Origin: a virus
Taxonomy: Duplodnaviria; Caudoviricetes
IMG/VR virus record: IMGVR_UViG_3300033072_000181
Span: 1-64,000 of that record
Length of the DNA stretch: 64,000 nt
Strand: one strand, 5' to 3'
Shown: positions 28,721 to 38,039 of the stretch, piece after piece
Position numbering within the stretch: position 1 is the first letter of the stretch
How the letters are laid out: each line of letters starts with the position of its first letter
Made by a program: the position numbers and the translations under genes
The notes under the pieces: generated by a model
Told to the model about the DNA's origin: nothing
What the model saw: the letters and a program-made list of their open reading frames with translations, nothing else
The model's database searches: none

Positions 28721-29233
28721 ATGAGTAGATTAAATAATTTATCGCCGGAAGCATTAAAAGCATTATTCAGTTCTGATTCAGATGATACGCTATTAATCTT
28801 ACTTACACTTTCCGGTAGTAATATAGTAACACCAATTAGAATATCAGACGGATATACACAGCGTTTATCTGAAACGGATGATGAAATTGTATATGGTGTA
28901 GTATCTGCTGGTTTAGAATATGCTTTCTTACCTTTTGAATTAATATTACCTACTGAAGAAGATGCTAGCTTAAATTGTAGTATAGTAATCCACGATGTAA
29001 CTAGGCGACTATTACCAGAAATTAGAAAGCTAACTACAGCACCTACTTGTAGTATTGATTTGGTCTTACAATCAGAACCAGATATTGTAGAAATATCCTT
29101 AGGTGATTTCTTACTAGGTAATATTACTTATTCTGATACGACTATCAGTGCTAACCTAACAGTACAATCTTATGAAAATGAACCATTCCCTAGTGGAACA
29201 TTTACACCGGGATATTTTCAAGCTATGTTTTAA
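28721..29233 (+). CDS. Minor tail protein (DUF1833-like)
   Basis: LLTL....PIRI, Y.FLPFELILP, EPFP..TFTP..F motifs. Confidence 0.75.
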   Translation: MSRLNNLSPEALKALFSSDSDDTLLILLTLSGSNIVTPIRISDGYTQRLSETDDEIVYGVVSAGLEYAFLPFELILPTEEDASLNCSIVIHDVTRRLLPEIRKLTTAPTCSIDLVLQSEPDIVEISLGDFLLGNITYSDTTISANLTVQSYENEPFPSGTFTPGYFQAMF

Positions 29234-29250
29234 AGTATAAAAGGAATGAT

Positions 29251-32200
29251 ATGTTAAAAGAAAATTGGTGGGATGATTACGTTGGTATTCCTTACGTAAA
29301 TAATGGTAGAACTAAAGATGGTGCTGACTGTTGGGGTATTGTACGTTTAATTCATAAAGAAGTATTTAATAATGATTTACCTAGCTTTACTGAAGTATCT
29401 GAAACAGAACAAAAGATTGAAACTATAGCACAACAAAAAGAAAACTGGCTAGAAGTTCAAAGTGAAAAAGCGGGGGATGTAGTATTATTCCGTGTAGCTG
29501 GTCAAGCAATTCACGTAGGTATTGTTATTCAACCCGGAAGATTCCTACACGCTTATAACGGTACTAATGTTTGTATTGAATCGTTATCTAATCACAAATG
29601 GAAACGTAGAATTCAAGGATTTTACAGGTACGATACGAACGCAGCTACAGATGTGCGTGCAATTGCTCACCCGCTAAAAACACAAGCTATTAACTTACAG
29701 TTTGTACCGGGTATGACATTACATCAGATTGCAGAAGCTATCCGTAAAGAAGGTAATGTAAGAGAAGAGCTAGGTGCTGAAGCTGTAATTTTAGTTGATG
29801 GTTATATCATCCCAAAAGATAAATGGGATATTGTTCCTAATGTTGGATCAAGAGTAGAATACCGGGCTGTTGTAGCTGGCGGTGGATTAAACCCACTAAA
29901 ACTTGTTGCTACTGTAGCTATTATGTTCTACGCCCCTTATATGGCGAACGCTATGTTTGATGCAGCAGGATGGGGTGCAGCAACAGCAGGTACATTTGCT
30001 AGTACCTTTACAGGTATGGTTACTAGCTTTGCTATCAGCATGGTTGGTAGTATGCTTCTTAACGCTATCTTTCCGACTAGACTTCCATCTAAAGATACCC
30101 CTAATTATGATACTGAAACAGGGGCTAGTACCTTTACAGTAAGAGGCGGCAGTAATAAAGCTAATCCTTACGGTGCTATTCCTGTTGTATTAGGTAAGTG
30201 CAGATTTACTCCACCTTCAGCTATGCAACCATATTACGAAGCAGACGGTACTGTAAGTTATTTACGTACTGTATTATGTTGGGGGTATGGTCCGCTTCAT
30301 GTTGATGCTTCAACTATTAAAATTGGTGATACAGCAGTAAGTAATTTTACTGAGATTGAAATCAATACTCTAACAGGTTACGCATCAGACGATAAGACAA
30401 GATTTAATGAATTAGCTGCACAAGACGTAGAACAATTAACAGTTGGCGTTAGTTTAGATCAAGTCAATTGCAGAGTAAGATCAGCAGTTAGAGCTAGTAA
30501 TGTCGTAACAGTAGTAACTAGAAATGCACATAGTTACACAGTAGGTACAGAAGTTATTTTAGGTAGTGCTAAAGACAACGAAACAGCCGTAGGAACGATT
30601 ACAGCTATTGTTGATGATTATACCTTCAGATTTAGTAATGCAGGCTCTGATGGCACTTTACTCGCGGATACAGGCACAGTTGTAGCGAATGATTGGTATC
30701 TGCAAGGTGTAGTATGGCAACAACGTAGCTTAGGTGAAGAAGTAACGCAAGTTAAGGTAACACTCGAATATCCAAACGGTCTATATAAGACTGATGCTAC
30801 AACAGGAGCTAAGAGTGAGAATACATTAGAAGTACAAGTACAAGTAAAACTTACATCAAGTGGTATATGGTCACAAACCAAAACAGCGAGCTTAACAAAA
30901 AAGATGTTATCACCATTCGCTCAGAGCGTAATCTTTGATGTAGATTCAGGGTATTATGATGTACGTGTTAAGAAACTAACTAGAATTACACATGATTCTT
31001 ATGATAGCATGAATGTTAGTTTTACAGCTATTACAGGATTCTCTAATCGTAAGCCTATTACATTCCCTAAACCGTTATGTATGTCTGCCGTTAGAGCTAA
31101 AGGTACTAATCAGTTTAATGGTAACGTAGAAGGTTTTAATGCTGAAGTTAGCACTATCTGTTTAGATTGGGATAAGAATACTCAGACATGGATTGAACGA
31201 GTTACTAATAATCCAGCTAGCTTATATCGTTATGTATTACAACATCCAGCCAATGCTACAGCTTTACCAGATTCTAAGATTGATTTAGTAACAATTCAAC
31301 AATGGCATGAATATTGTACTACTCAAGGTTTTGCTTATAATAATGTAATTCAACAAGTACAATCATTAAATGAAGTATTAAAGGATATTGCAGCAGCCGG
31401 TAGAGCCAGCCAAGCTAGAATAGACGGTAAGCATACGGTTCTAATTGATAAACCTAGAGATTATGTATCACAGCATTTTACTCCGCACAATTCTTGGGGT
31501 TTTGAAGGTAGCAAAATATTACCTAAAATTCCACATGGTTTCAGAGTTCAATTCCAAAATGAAGAAAAGGATTATCAACAAGATGAACGTGTAGTTTATG
31601 ATGATGGCTATAATGAATCAAACGCTACATTGCTTGAAGGTTTAGTTCTTCCCGGTGTTACTAATCCTGCTACTGTATATAAGCAAGCTAGATTCCATTT
31701 AGCACAAATTAAGCTAAGACCAGAAATATACACATTAAATGCTGATATCGAACACCTTGTTTGTAATAGAGGTGATTTAGTTAAAGTACAACATGATGTT
31801 ACAATGTGGGGTTTAGCATCAGGAAGAGTAAAGCAGAAAATAGATAGTGTAAATATTGTTCTTACTGAAGATGTAGATTTAAAGCAAGGATATACTTATT
31901 GCATCCGATTTAGAAATGCTAAAGGTGAAAGCGTAGTAAAAACACTAGATATTATCAATGCAGATACTACAACAAATACAATTAAACTAAATTCAGCGGT
32001 AGATGCTGATACAGCTAATCCAGATGATTTATTTATGTTTGGTTTAGTAGATCAAGAAACAAATGATTTAATTGTACTCAAAGTAGAACCTGCTGCTAAT
32101 ATGACAGCTAAACTATCATTAGTGGATTATTCACCTGATATTTACACTATTGATGCCGGTTTAGCAATTCCAGCTTTTAACAGCAAGATCAGCTTACCGA

Positions 32201-34299
32201 TGGGATTATTACGTAAAGCTATTTCTGCTGTACCTGTAATTAGCAGCATAACCTCTGATGACAGTGCCATGTATGAAACAACAGCAGGTAAGTTCGTTCA
32301 AGGTATAGCTGTGCAATTCAGAAATCCTGCTAGCTTACCAGAGGATGTTACTGATATTGAACTACAGTGGGATTGGGTAGGTGATAACACAGAAGATTGG
32401 TTAAGCTCTGCATTGATACCATTATCTAAAGGTTCTTACATTATTCCTAATGTTAAAATTGGAGATAGCTATACCTTACGTGCAAGATATGTAGATAAAG
32501 CAGGGAGAAGTGGTAACTGGTGTAACGAACAATGGGCTACTGTATCAGGTAGAACTAGACCACCTGCTGCACCAATAGAGTTTGTAGCTGTAGCAGAAGC
32601 AGGGAGTATTAAGCTAAGTTACCAAGCTGCTTATTCTAATGATGTTTCTAACTTTGAGGTTAGATTATCAGATTCTAATTGGGGTATTTCTGACAGCAAT
32701 TTAATCTATAAAGGAAACGGTAATTCTGTAAATTATGCACCAAATGTACCGGGAACTTATACGTTTTATGTACGGTCTATTTCAGATAATGGTTTATATA
32801 GTGCAGCTAAATCATGTTCTTTTAATTACTTTACAATTTCTAATATCAGTGATATAATTGCTACTTTCAATGATAGTAGTAATACAAATGCTTCAGTTAT
32901 TTTAGATTGGGCTATTCCATCTAAGCAGTTTGATATTGCAGGTTTTGAGTTAAGTTACGATAGTGAAGTAAAGTTTATCAATGCTAACAATATTACTATT
33001 CCAGCAGATTGGATTGGTGATAGAGTATTTACAATTAAAACTGTAGATATTCTTGGTAATAAATCTTCAGGTTATTCTAAGCATGTTGTTAAGTTAGTAC
33101 CAAACCCTCCTACTAATGTTAGAGTGCAGGTTATTGACAATAATGTTATGTTATATTGGAATAATGCTGAACGTACTACTTTACCAGTTAGCCATGTGCT
33201 GATTAAACAAGGAACCGATTGGAACACAGCTACGGAAATTGGCCCTAAATCTGGTGGTTTCACTACTATATCAGAACTACAAGGTGGAACATATAAATAC
33301 TGGTTAGCTTCTGTTGATACCGATGGCTATGAAAGTTCAGCAGTAAGTATTACTACAGAAGTATCACAACCTCCTGATTTTATATTCCACGGTAGCTTAT
33401 CTAGTACTTTCACTGGTACTTTAGTTAATGCTAAGGTTGAAACAGGTAGTAATGGTGTTTTAGGATTAGTACTTCCAATTAATACAACTGAAACATACGA
33501 ACAGCATTTTAATACTAGAGGATGGACTTCACCAAATAGTCAAGTACAAGCTGGTTATCCAATCTTTATTCAACCTGCTGCTTTAACGGCTAGTTATACT
33601 GAAACGTTTGATTTTGGTTCAGTTCTAGCTAGCTCTATGATTACAGTAAGTATTAACGCTGATGTTGTTAGCGGTACTCCTGATCTAAATGTTCAGATGG
33701 AAACCAGTAGCAATAATTCTACATGGACACTTCATGAAAACGCAACAAGTGTTTTTGCTAGTTCAGTTCGGTATGTTCGAGTTAAGATTATGGTAACAGG
33801 TAGTGATACTAGCCTATATCAGATTAGTGGTATCGTATGTAGAGCAGATGCTAAACAAATTACAGATTCAGGATCGGTCGATTGCTTATCATCAGATAGT
33901 GCAGGAACCATCTTTAACTTCAGTAAGGAGTTTATTGATGTAACAAGTATTACGGCTACTGCCTCTGGAACAACAGCGATTACTACAGTGTATGACTATA
34001 AAGATACTATTTTAGCAGCTACATACTCGATTGTGTCGGGTGTTGCTACCTTTAGTATAAATAATCACGGGTTAATAGCAGGACAAAAGGTACGTGTAAT
34101 GTTTACAACAGGCACTACTATTAATACTGCTATACTCACTGTAGTGTCCGCTAGTACTAATAGCTTTACTGCAAACATAGCAGAAGGTAATACATCAGGT
34201 TCTTGTAATATTTACCAACAAGGTGCAAGAATCTATCTGTTTAATTCAAGTGGAACTAGAGTATCTGGTACAGCTTCTTGGGTAGTACGTGGATATTAA
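29251..34299 (+). CDS. Tail tip / central fibre (gpJ-like) with fused N-terminal NlpC/P60 domain
   Basis: YVGIPY..GR..DG.DCWG and HVGI..FLH (NlpC/P60); PYGAIPVVLG, NNPAS, FnIII-like repeats. Confidence 0.85.
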   Translation: MLKENWWDDYVGIPYVNNGRTKDGADCWGIVRLIHKEVFNNDLPSFTEVSETEQKIETIAQQKENWLEVQSEKAGDVVLFRVAGQAIHVGIVIQPGRFLHAYNGTNVCIESLSNHKWKRRIQGFYRYDTNAATDVRAIAHPLKTQAINLQFVPGMTLHQIAEAIRKEGNVREELGAEAVILVDGYIIPKDKWDIVPNVGSRVEYRAVVAGGGLNPLKLVATVAIMFYAPYMANAMFDAAGWGAATAGTFASTFTGMVTSFAISMVGSMLLNAIFPTRLPSKDTPNYDTETGASTFTVRGGSNKANPYGAIPVVLGKCRFTPPSAMQPYYEADGTVSYLRTVLCWGYGPLHVDASTIKIGDTAVSNFTEIEINTLTGYASDDKTRFNELAAQDVEQLTVGVSLDQVNCRVRSAVRASNVVTVVTRNAHSYTVGTEVILGSAKDNETAVGTITAIVDDYTFRFSNAGSDGTLLADTGTVVANDWYLQGVVWQQRSLGEEVTQVKVTLEYPNGLYKTDATTGAKSENTLEVQVQVKLTSSGIWSQTKTASLTKKMLSPFAQSVIFDVDSGYYDVRVKKLTRITHDSYDSMNVSFTAITGFSNRKPITFPKPLCMSAVRAKGTNQFNGNVEGFNAEVSTICLDWDKNTQTWIERVTNNPASLYRYVLQHPANATALPDSKIDLVTIQQWHEYCTTQGFAYNNVIQQVQSLNEVLKDIAAAGRASQARIDGKHTVLIDKPRDYVSQHFTPHNSWGFEGSKILPKIPHGFRVQFQNEEKDYQQDERVVYDDGYNESNATLLEGLVLPGVTNPATVYKQARFHLAQIKLRPEIYTLNADIEHLVCNRGDLVKVQHDVTMWGLASGRVKQKIDSVNIVLTEDVDLKQGYTYCIRFRNAKGESVVKTLDIINADTTTNTIKLNSAVDADTANPDDLFMFGLVDQETNDLIVLKVEPAANMTAKLSLVDYSPDIYTIDAGLAIPAFNSKISLPMGLLRKAISAVPVISSITSDDSAMYETTAGKFVQGIAVQFRNPASLPEDVTDIELQWDWVGDNTEDWLSSALIPLSKGSYIIPNVKIGDSYTLRARYVDKAGRSGNWCNEQWATVSGRTRPPAAPIEFVAVAEAGSIKLSYQAAYSNDVSNFEVRLSDSNWGISDSNLIYKGNGNSVNYAPNVPGTYTFYVRSISDNGLYSAAKSCSFNYFTISNISDIIATFNDSSNTNASVILDWAIPSKQFDIAGFELSYDSEVKFINANNITIPADWIGDRVFTIKTVDILGNKSSGYSKHVVKLVPNPPTNVRVQVIDNNVMLYWNNAERTTLPVSHVLIKQGTDWNTATEIGPKSGGFTTISELQGGTYKYWLASVDTDGYESSAVSITTEVSQPPDFIFHGSLSSTFTGTLVNAKVETGSNGVLGLVLPINTTETYEQHFNTRGWTSPNSQVQAGYPIFIQPAALTASYTETFDFGSVLASSMITVSINADVVSGTPDLNVQMETSSNNSTWTLHENATSVFASSVRYVRVKIMVTGSDTSLYQISGIVCRADAKQITDSGSVDCLSSDSAGTIFNFSKEFIDVTSITATASGTTAITTVYDYKDTILAATYSIVSGVATFSINNHGLIAGQKVRVMFTTGTTINTAILTVVSASTNSFTANIAEGNTSGSCNIYQQGARIYLFNSSGTRVSGTASWVVRGY

Positions 34300-34318
34300 C
34301 ACAACTATGCATGAATAG

Positions 34319-34346
34319 TAAAGGGGTAGAAATATCCCTTTATTTT
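34319..34346 (+). terminator. Terminator after the tail tip gene
   Basis: TAAAGGGGTA-GAAA-TATCCCTTTA followed by T tract. Confidence 0.75.
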
Positions 34347-34362
34347 ATATAGAAAGATAAAT

Positions 34363-35865
34363 ATGGCAGATCATAATAAACCTACAATTACTAGCACTTA
34401 TGCTAATTTAATTGCTGAGTTAGATGCTAGATTAGACGATATGGCTTTGGATTTTGATCCAAGTGTTACATCACCATCTAACCTAGCTGTAAATACAGTA
34501 CGATTTAATACGGCAGCTTCACGTTGGGAAAAATGGAACGGTACTACTTGGGTAAATCGTTCTAGTTCTTACGCTATTGACATTACAGGGAATGCCGCTA
34601 CCGCTACACTAGCTACAACAGCTAGTACAGCTAATGCTGTGGCTTGGGGTAATGTTACAGGTAAGCCAGCATTAGCTTATGCTGACGGTGGAAATTATAA
34701 TTTGTATGCTTTGGGTTTAACTCCAAACGGAGACTATGCAGCAAGCGCACCGGGAAATACTCGCGGGACTGGCGGCCTTCATCACTACAACGTGTATAAC
34801 AATGGCTACCCGACTACATACGGGAATTTGATCCACCTGTATGGGGTAGGTGCTGGTCAACTCCTAATCGGCTGGTCTGGTACGGATGGCGCTCACGCAG
34901 ATAACTACATCCGGTCTAAGCGTGACAATGATACGGGAGCTTGGTCAGGGTGGGCTAAGATTGTTACGGATCAGAATTTGTACGGTAGTTCATGGACTTG
35001 GACTTGTAATCAAGCTAGTTACGTTCATCTTGGAAAGTGGAATGTTGATGCGAGTGCTCCGGGATCAGTGCTAGTTAATAGAGCTAGCAAATCAGATAGC
35101 CTCATTGATGACTATTCAGGCAGTGTTATTGCATATGCTAATAACGCATATCACAATGCTAATGGTTACGGTTCGCTACGTGTGGACGGTACTTACAACG
35201 GATGGGGTGGCATCAACTTCAATAGCGATAACTGTTTGATGGTCAGAAACAACGAAGTTGGTTTCCTCAGACCTTCCGCTGGTTGGATGTTCAGGTGGTA
35301 TGGTGGAAATTTGTACTGTTACAAGGGGGCAGGCGGCGGCATCCCGGAGGCTTTGGTAGTCGATACCAACAACTCTTACGCAAGGCAGTCAGATAATCGC
35401 CCCGGAACTACCCGGCTGTACCGCTATGACGATGACTCTGGCTACTTCGTCACGAATGTATGGACTGGATCAACGTGGAAACTAGAAGGTCGAAACCCTG
35501 ACGGCTCTGTTCATGCTGGGTGTTACGTGGCTGAGTCGAGCAATGCCGACACCGTAGATGGTTGGCACCGGGACGATATTCGTGACTGGAACAACCTTCT
35601 GAATAAACCTAGCGTACCTTCTGCTGGTAGCGGATTCTATTGGGAGCAGAAATGGACAGGAAACCAGACAACGGCAATCGATGCGCTTGCTAATTGGGGT
35701 ACTGGAATATATTTGATGATATGTCCTTCTAGCGGAGCGGGGGCTATTTTGTGGATTACTACAGGTCTGAATCTACAGCCATATTCAGGTTTATTCAACC
35801 TTGGAGATAAGATTTCGTGCGGTGGAAACACATTTACCGCCATTTATAAGCTAGCTAAGAGTTAA
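34363..35865 (+). CDS. Side tail fibre / receptor-binding protein
   Basis: W.NVTGKP and WNNLLNKP shaft motifs; knob-like GYPTTYGN...QLLIGWSG...YIRSKRD...WSGWAKI. Confidence 0.8.
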   Translation: MADHNKPTITSTYANLIAELDARLDDMALDFDPSVTSPSNLAVNTVRFNTAASRWEKWNGTTWVNRSSSYAIDITGNAATATLATTASTANAVAWGNVTGKPALAYADGGNYNLYALGLTPNGDYAASAPGNTRGTGGLHHYNVYNNGYPTTYGNLIHLYGVGAGQLLIGWSGTDGAHADNYIRSKRDNDTGAWSGWAKIVTDQNLYGSSWTWTCNQASYVHLGKWNVDASAPGSVLVNRASKSDSLIDDYSGSVIAYANNAYHNANGYGSLRVDGTYNGWGGINFNSDNCLMVRNNEVGFLRPSAGWMFRWYGGNLYCYKGAGGGIPEALVVDTNNSYARQSDNRPGTTRLYRYDDDSGYFVTNVWTGSTWKLEGRNPDGSVHAGCYVAESSNADTVDGWHRDDIRDWNNLLNKPSVPSAGSGFYWEQKWTGNQTTAIDALANWGTGIYLMICPSSGAGAILWITTGLNLQPYSGLFNLGDKISCGGNTFTAIYKLAKS

Positions 35866-35874
35866 GGACTAATC

Positions 35875-36225
35875 ATGTATAAATATTTCATTGATAAAGA
35901 TAGCAAATGTCAAGGTCAGGTACTTACTGATGATCCGGTAAATCCTCTTGGTTTTGATATAGTAGAACATCCGATTGAGTTAGAACATCCTTTTAAAATG
36001 AGGTATGTTGATTCTAAGTTTGTATTTGCAGATACAGCAGAAGAAGAAATGCAAAATGAAGTACGCGCTCTTCGTAACGCTAAAATAGCAGAAACAGATT
36101 GGTCACAGCTCGACGATATTCCAGAGGCTACTAAATTGCTATATAAAACGTATAGACAAGCACTACGTGATATTACAACTCAATCAGGATTTCCATTTAA
36201 TGTAGTATGGCCTGATAAACCATAA
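35875..36225 (+). CDS. Tail fibre assembly chaperone
   Basis: RALRNAKIAETDWSQLDD...YRQALRDIT.Q.GFP..VVWP.KP. Confidence 0.85.
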   Translation: MYKYFIDKDSKCQGQVLTDDPVNPLGFDIVEHPIELEHPFKMRYVDSKFVFADTAEEEMQNEVRALRNAKIAETDWSQLDDIPEATKLLYKTYRQALRDITTQSGFPFNVVWPDKP

Positions 36226-36234
36226 GGATAGAAT

Positions 36235-36729
36235 ATGTTACCTATTATAGCAGGTATTATTAGTAGTTTAATTCAGAATAACCTACCTAAGATTGCACAA
36301 GCTGTAGCTGATAAAGGTGTAGATTATGTGCAAGATAAGTTAGGTGTAAAGTTAGAACCAGATATGTCAGCAGAAAAGCTTGCTGAAATTCAAGCAGCAG
36401 CTACTAAACATGAAGAATTTGTTATGCAGCAAGATAATGAGAATACAGCTAATGCTAGAGCTATGCAAATGCAAGCACTACAACAAGATGATGTATTCTC
36501 TAAACGCTTTACTTATTATCTTGCATCATTCTGGTCAATCATTACTACTATTTATATCTTTTGTATTACATTTATTAACATTCCTTTAACTAATGTTAGA
36601 TTCTCAGATACGATCTTAGGTTTCTTGCTAGGTTCTGTTATTGCTACACTGATTAATTTCTTCTTTGGTAGCAGCAAAACATCCCAACAAAAAACTGAGT
36701 TATTACTAAAGAGTAAAGACGATAAGTAA
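36235..36729 (+). CDS. Putative holin (GTA 3TM-like)
   Basis: NTANARAMQ motif, two C-terminal TM segments, NFFFGSS ending; lies upstream of the endolysin. Confidence 0.6.
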   Translation: MLPIIAGIISSLIQNNLPKIAQAVADKGVDYVQDKLGVKLEPDMSAEKLAEIQAAATKHEEFVMQQDNENTANARAMQMQALQQDDVFSKRFTYYLASFWSIITTIYIFCITFINIPLTNVRFSDTILGFLLGSVIATLINFFFGSSKTSQQKTELLLKSKDDK

Positions 36730-37179
36730 ATGTTCGTAATATACGATAAAGAATATTTGTCGTATTTTTATATCATAAAACATAAACCATCAGGCAAGTG
36801 CTATGCAGGATGTAGATATGCTAAAGACTGTAATCCAGCAGAATTATTAGTTCAGTCTGGTTATTGTACATCATCTAAATCGGTTCAGCAACTAGTACTT
36901 ACTGATGGTTTATTTTCGTTTGAAATAATAGAGATACGTGCATTTGAACATAAATATACTGCATATTTTTACGAAAGTACTTTTCTACAGAATATAGCAT
37001 TTTACGATCAAGGTAATTACTTAAATAAAAGCTATAATACTAATTGCCGTAATCCTTTTCGTAAGTTATGGAATTTCGGTACTCTAATATTACAAGCAGA
37101 AGATTATCCTGATTACTTATTAGATTATAAACAATTTACAAAGGAAACCAACAAGGAAACTGCTAATGCAACAGAATAA
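36730..37179 (+). CDS. GIY-YIG-like (Seg-like) protein between holin and endolysin
   Basis: YFYIIKHKPSGKCYAGCR...YCTSSK..; conserved E in IRAFE..AYFYES. Confidence 0.5.
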   Translation: MFVIYDKEYLSYFYIIKHKPSGKCYAGCRYAKDCNPAELLVQSGYCTSSKSVQQLVLTDGLFSFEIIEIRAFEHKYTAYFYESTFLQNIAFYDQGNYLNKSYNTNCRNPFRKLWNFGTLILQAEDYPDYLLDYKQFTKETNKETANATE

Positions 37180-37645
37180 ACAATTATCAGATCATTTTAC
37201 ATTATATGAAATGATAGCTAGTTCCGACGCTGTTAAGTACAGTATTGATAACTCACCTAATCAGGATCAAATCGGCAATCTAACTAAGCTATGTAATTTC
37301 GTCCTAGAACCTATCAGAATGCACTTCAGTAAGCCTGTAATCGTTAGTAGTGGGTACAGGTGCAAGGAACTAAACAAACGCATTGGCGGTAGCTCTACGT
37401 CAGACCATTGCGAAGGTAAAGCTGCTGATATTAAAATAGCAGGTATAGATAATCTTGAACTATTTAATTGGATCAAAGAGAATCTAACGTATAAACAACT
37501 CATACTGGAGTTTTATACGTCTGGTAGCTCTGGTAATTCTGGAAACTCCGGATGGGTTCATGTAAGTTATTGCACATCAGAAAATAAGAATGAATCGTTA
37601 CGTGCAATAAAAGAGAACGGTAAGACTGTATATATCAAATTTTAA
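37166..37645 (+). CDS. Endolysin, peptidase M15A family
   Basis: SGYRC..LN..IGG...SDH..GKAADI and WVHVS zinc-peptidase motifs. Confidence 0.9.
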   Translation: MQQNKQLSDHFTLYEMIASSDAVKYSIDNSPNQDQIGNLTKLCNFVLEPIRMHFSKPVIVSSGYRCKELNKRIGGSSTSDHCEGKAADIKIAGIDNLELFNWIKENLTYKQLILEFYTSGSSGNSGNSGWVHVSYCTSENKNESLRAIKENGKTVYIKF

Positions 37646-37649
37646 ATAT

Positions 37650-37688
37650 AAGAAAACCTCCAACCGTAACAGGAAGGAGGTTTCTTTT
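37650..37688. terminator. Probable bidirectional terminator at the strand convergence
   Basis: AAGAAAACCTCC...GGAGGTTTCTTTT between convergent genes. Confidence 0.8.
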
Positions 37689-37698
37689 CGTTCATAAT

Positions 37699-37998
37699 TT
37701 AAGTAACATGCGGAGTACAATATACGAGTGGTTCGGTAGATTGTAGCTTCAGTAGTTCTTTTACATCTTGTACAGCTTCATCAATACTTAAAGTTAATTC
37801 GTCAGAAGTTACACCATAAGAACTAACTTCAAGTCCAACAATCCAGTTAGTCTTAGTTGAATCATACCAAGGAGAAGCATAATCTAATTCTCCATTATCG
37901 AGTAGTTCATCAACATCTAAATCTACACTTTCAGCTAAATCACAGAATAGTTCGTACTTAAAACCTACGATTAGCTTTGAATCTACATCTACACTCAT
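37699..37998 (-). CDS. Hypothetical acidic protein
   Basis: ORF track; GGAGG SD. Confidence 0.65.
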   Translation of the reverse strand: MSVDVDSKLIVGFKYELFCDLAESVDLDVDELLDNGELDYASPWYDSTKTNWIVGLEVSSYGVTSDELTLSIDEAVQDVKELLKLQSTEPLVYCTPHVT

Positions 37999-38039
37999 AT
38001 CACCTCCTAATTATGTTATTGCGTTATTGCATTATTGCG

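Noticed and set aside
34363-35865. Diversity-generating retroelement or shufflon acting on the tail fibre
   Set aside because: No reverse transcriptase, recombinase, TR/VR pair or inverted crossover sites seen in the window.
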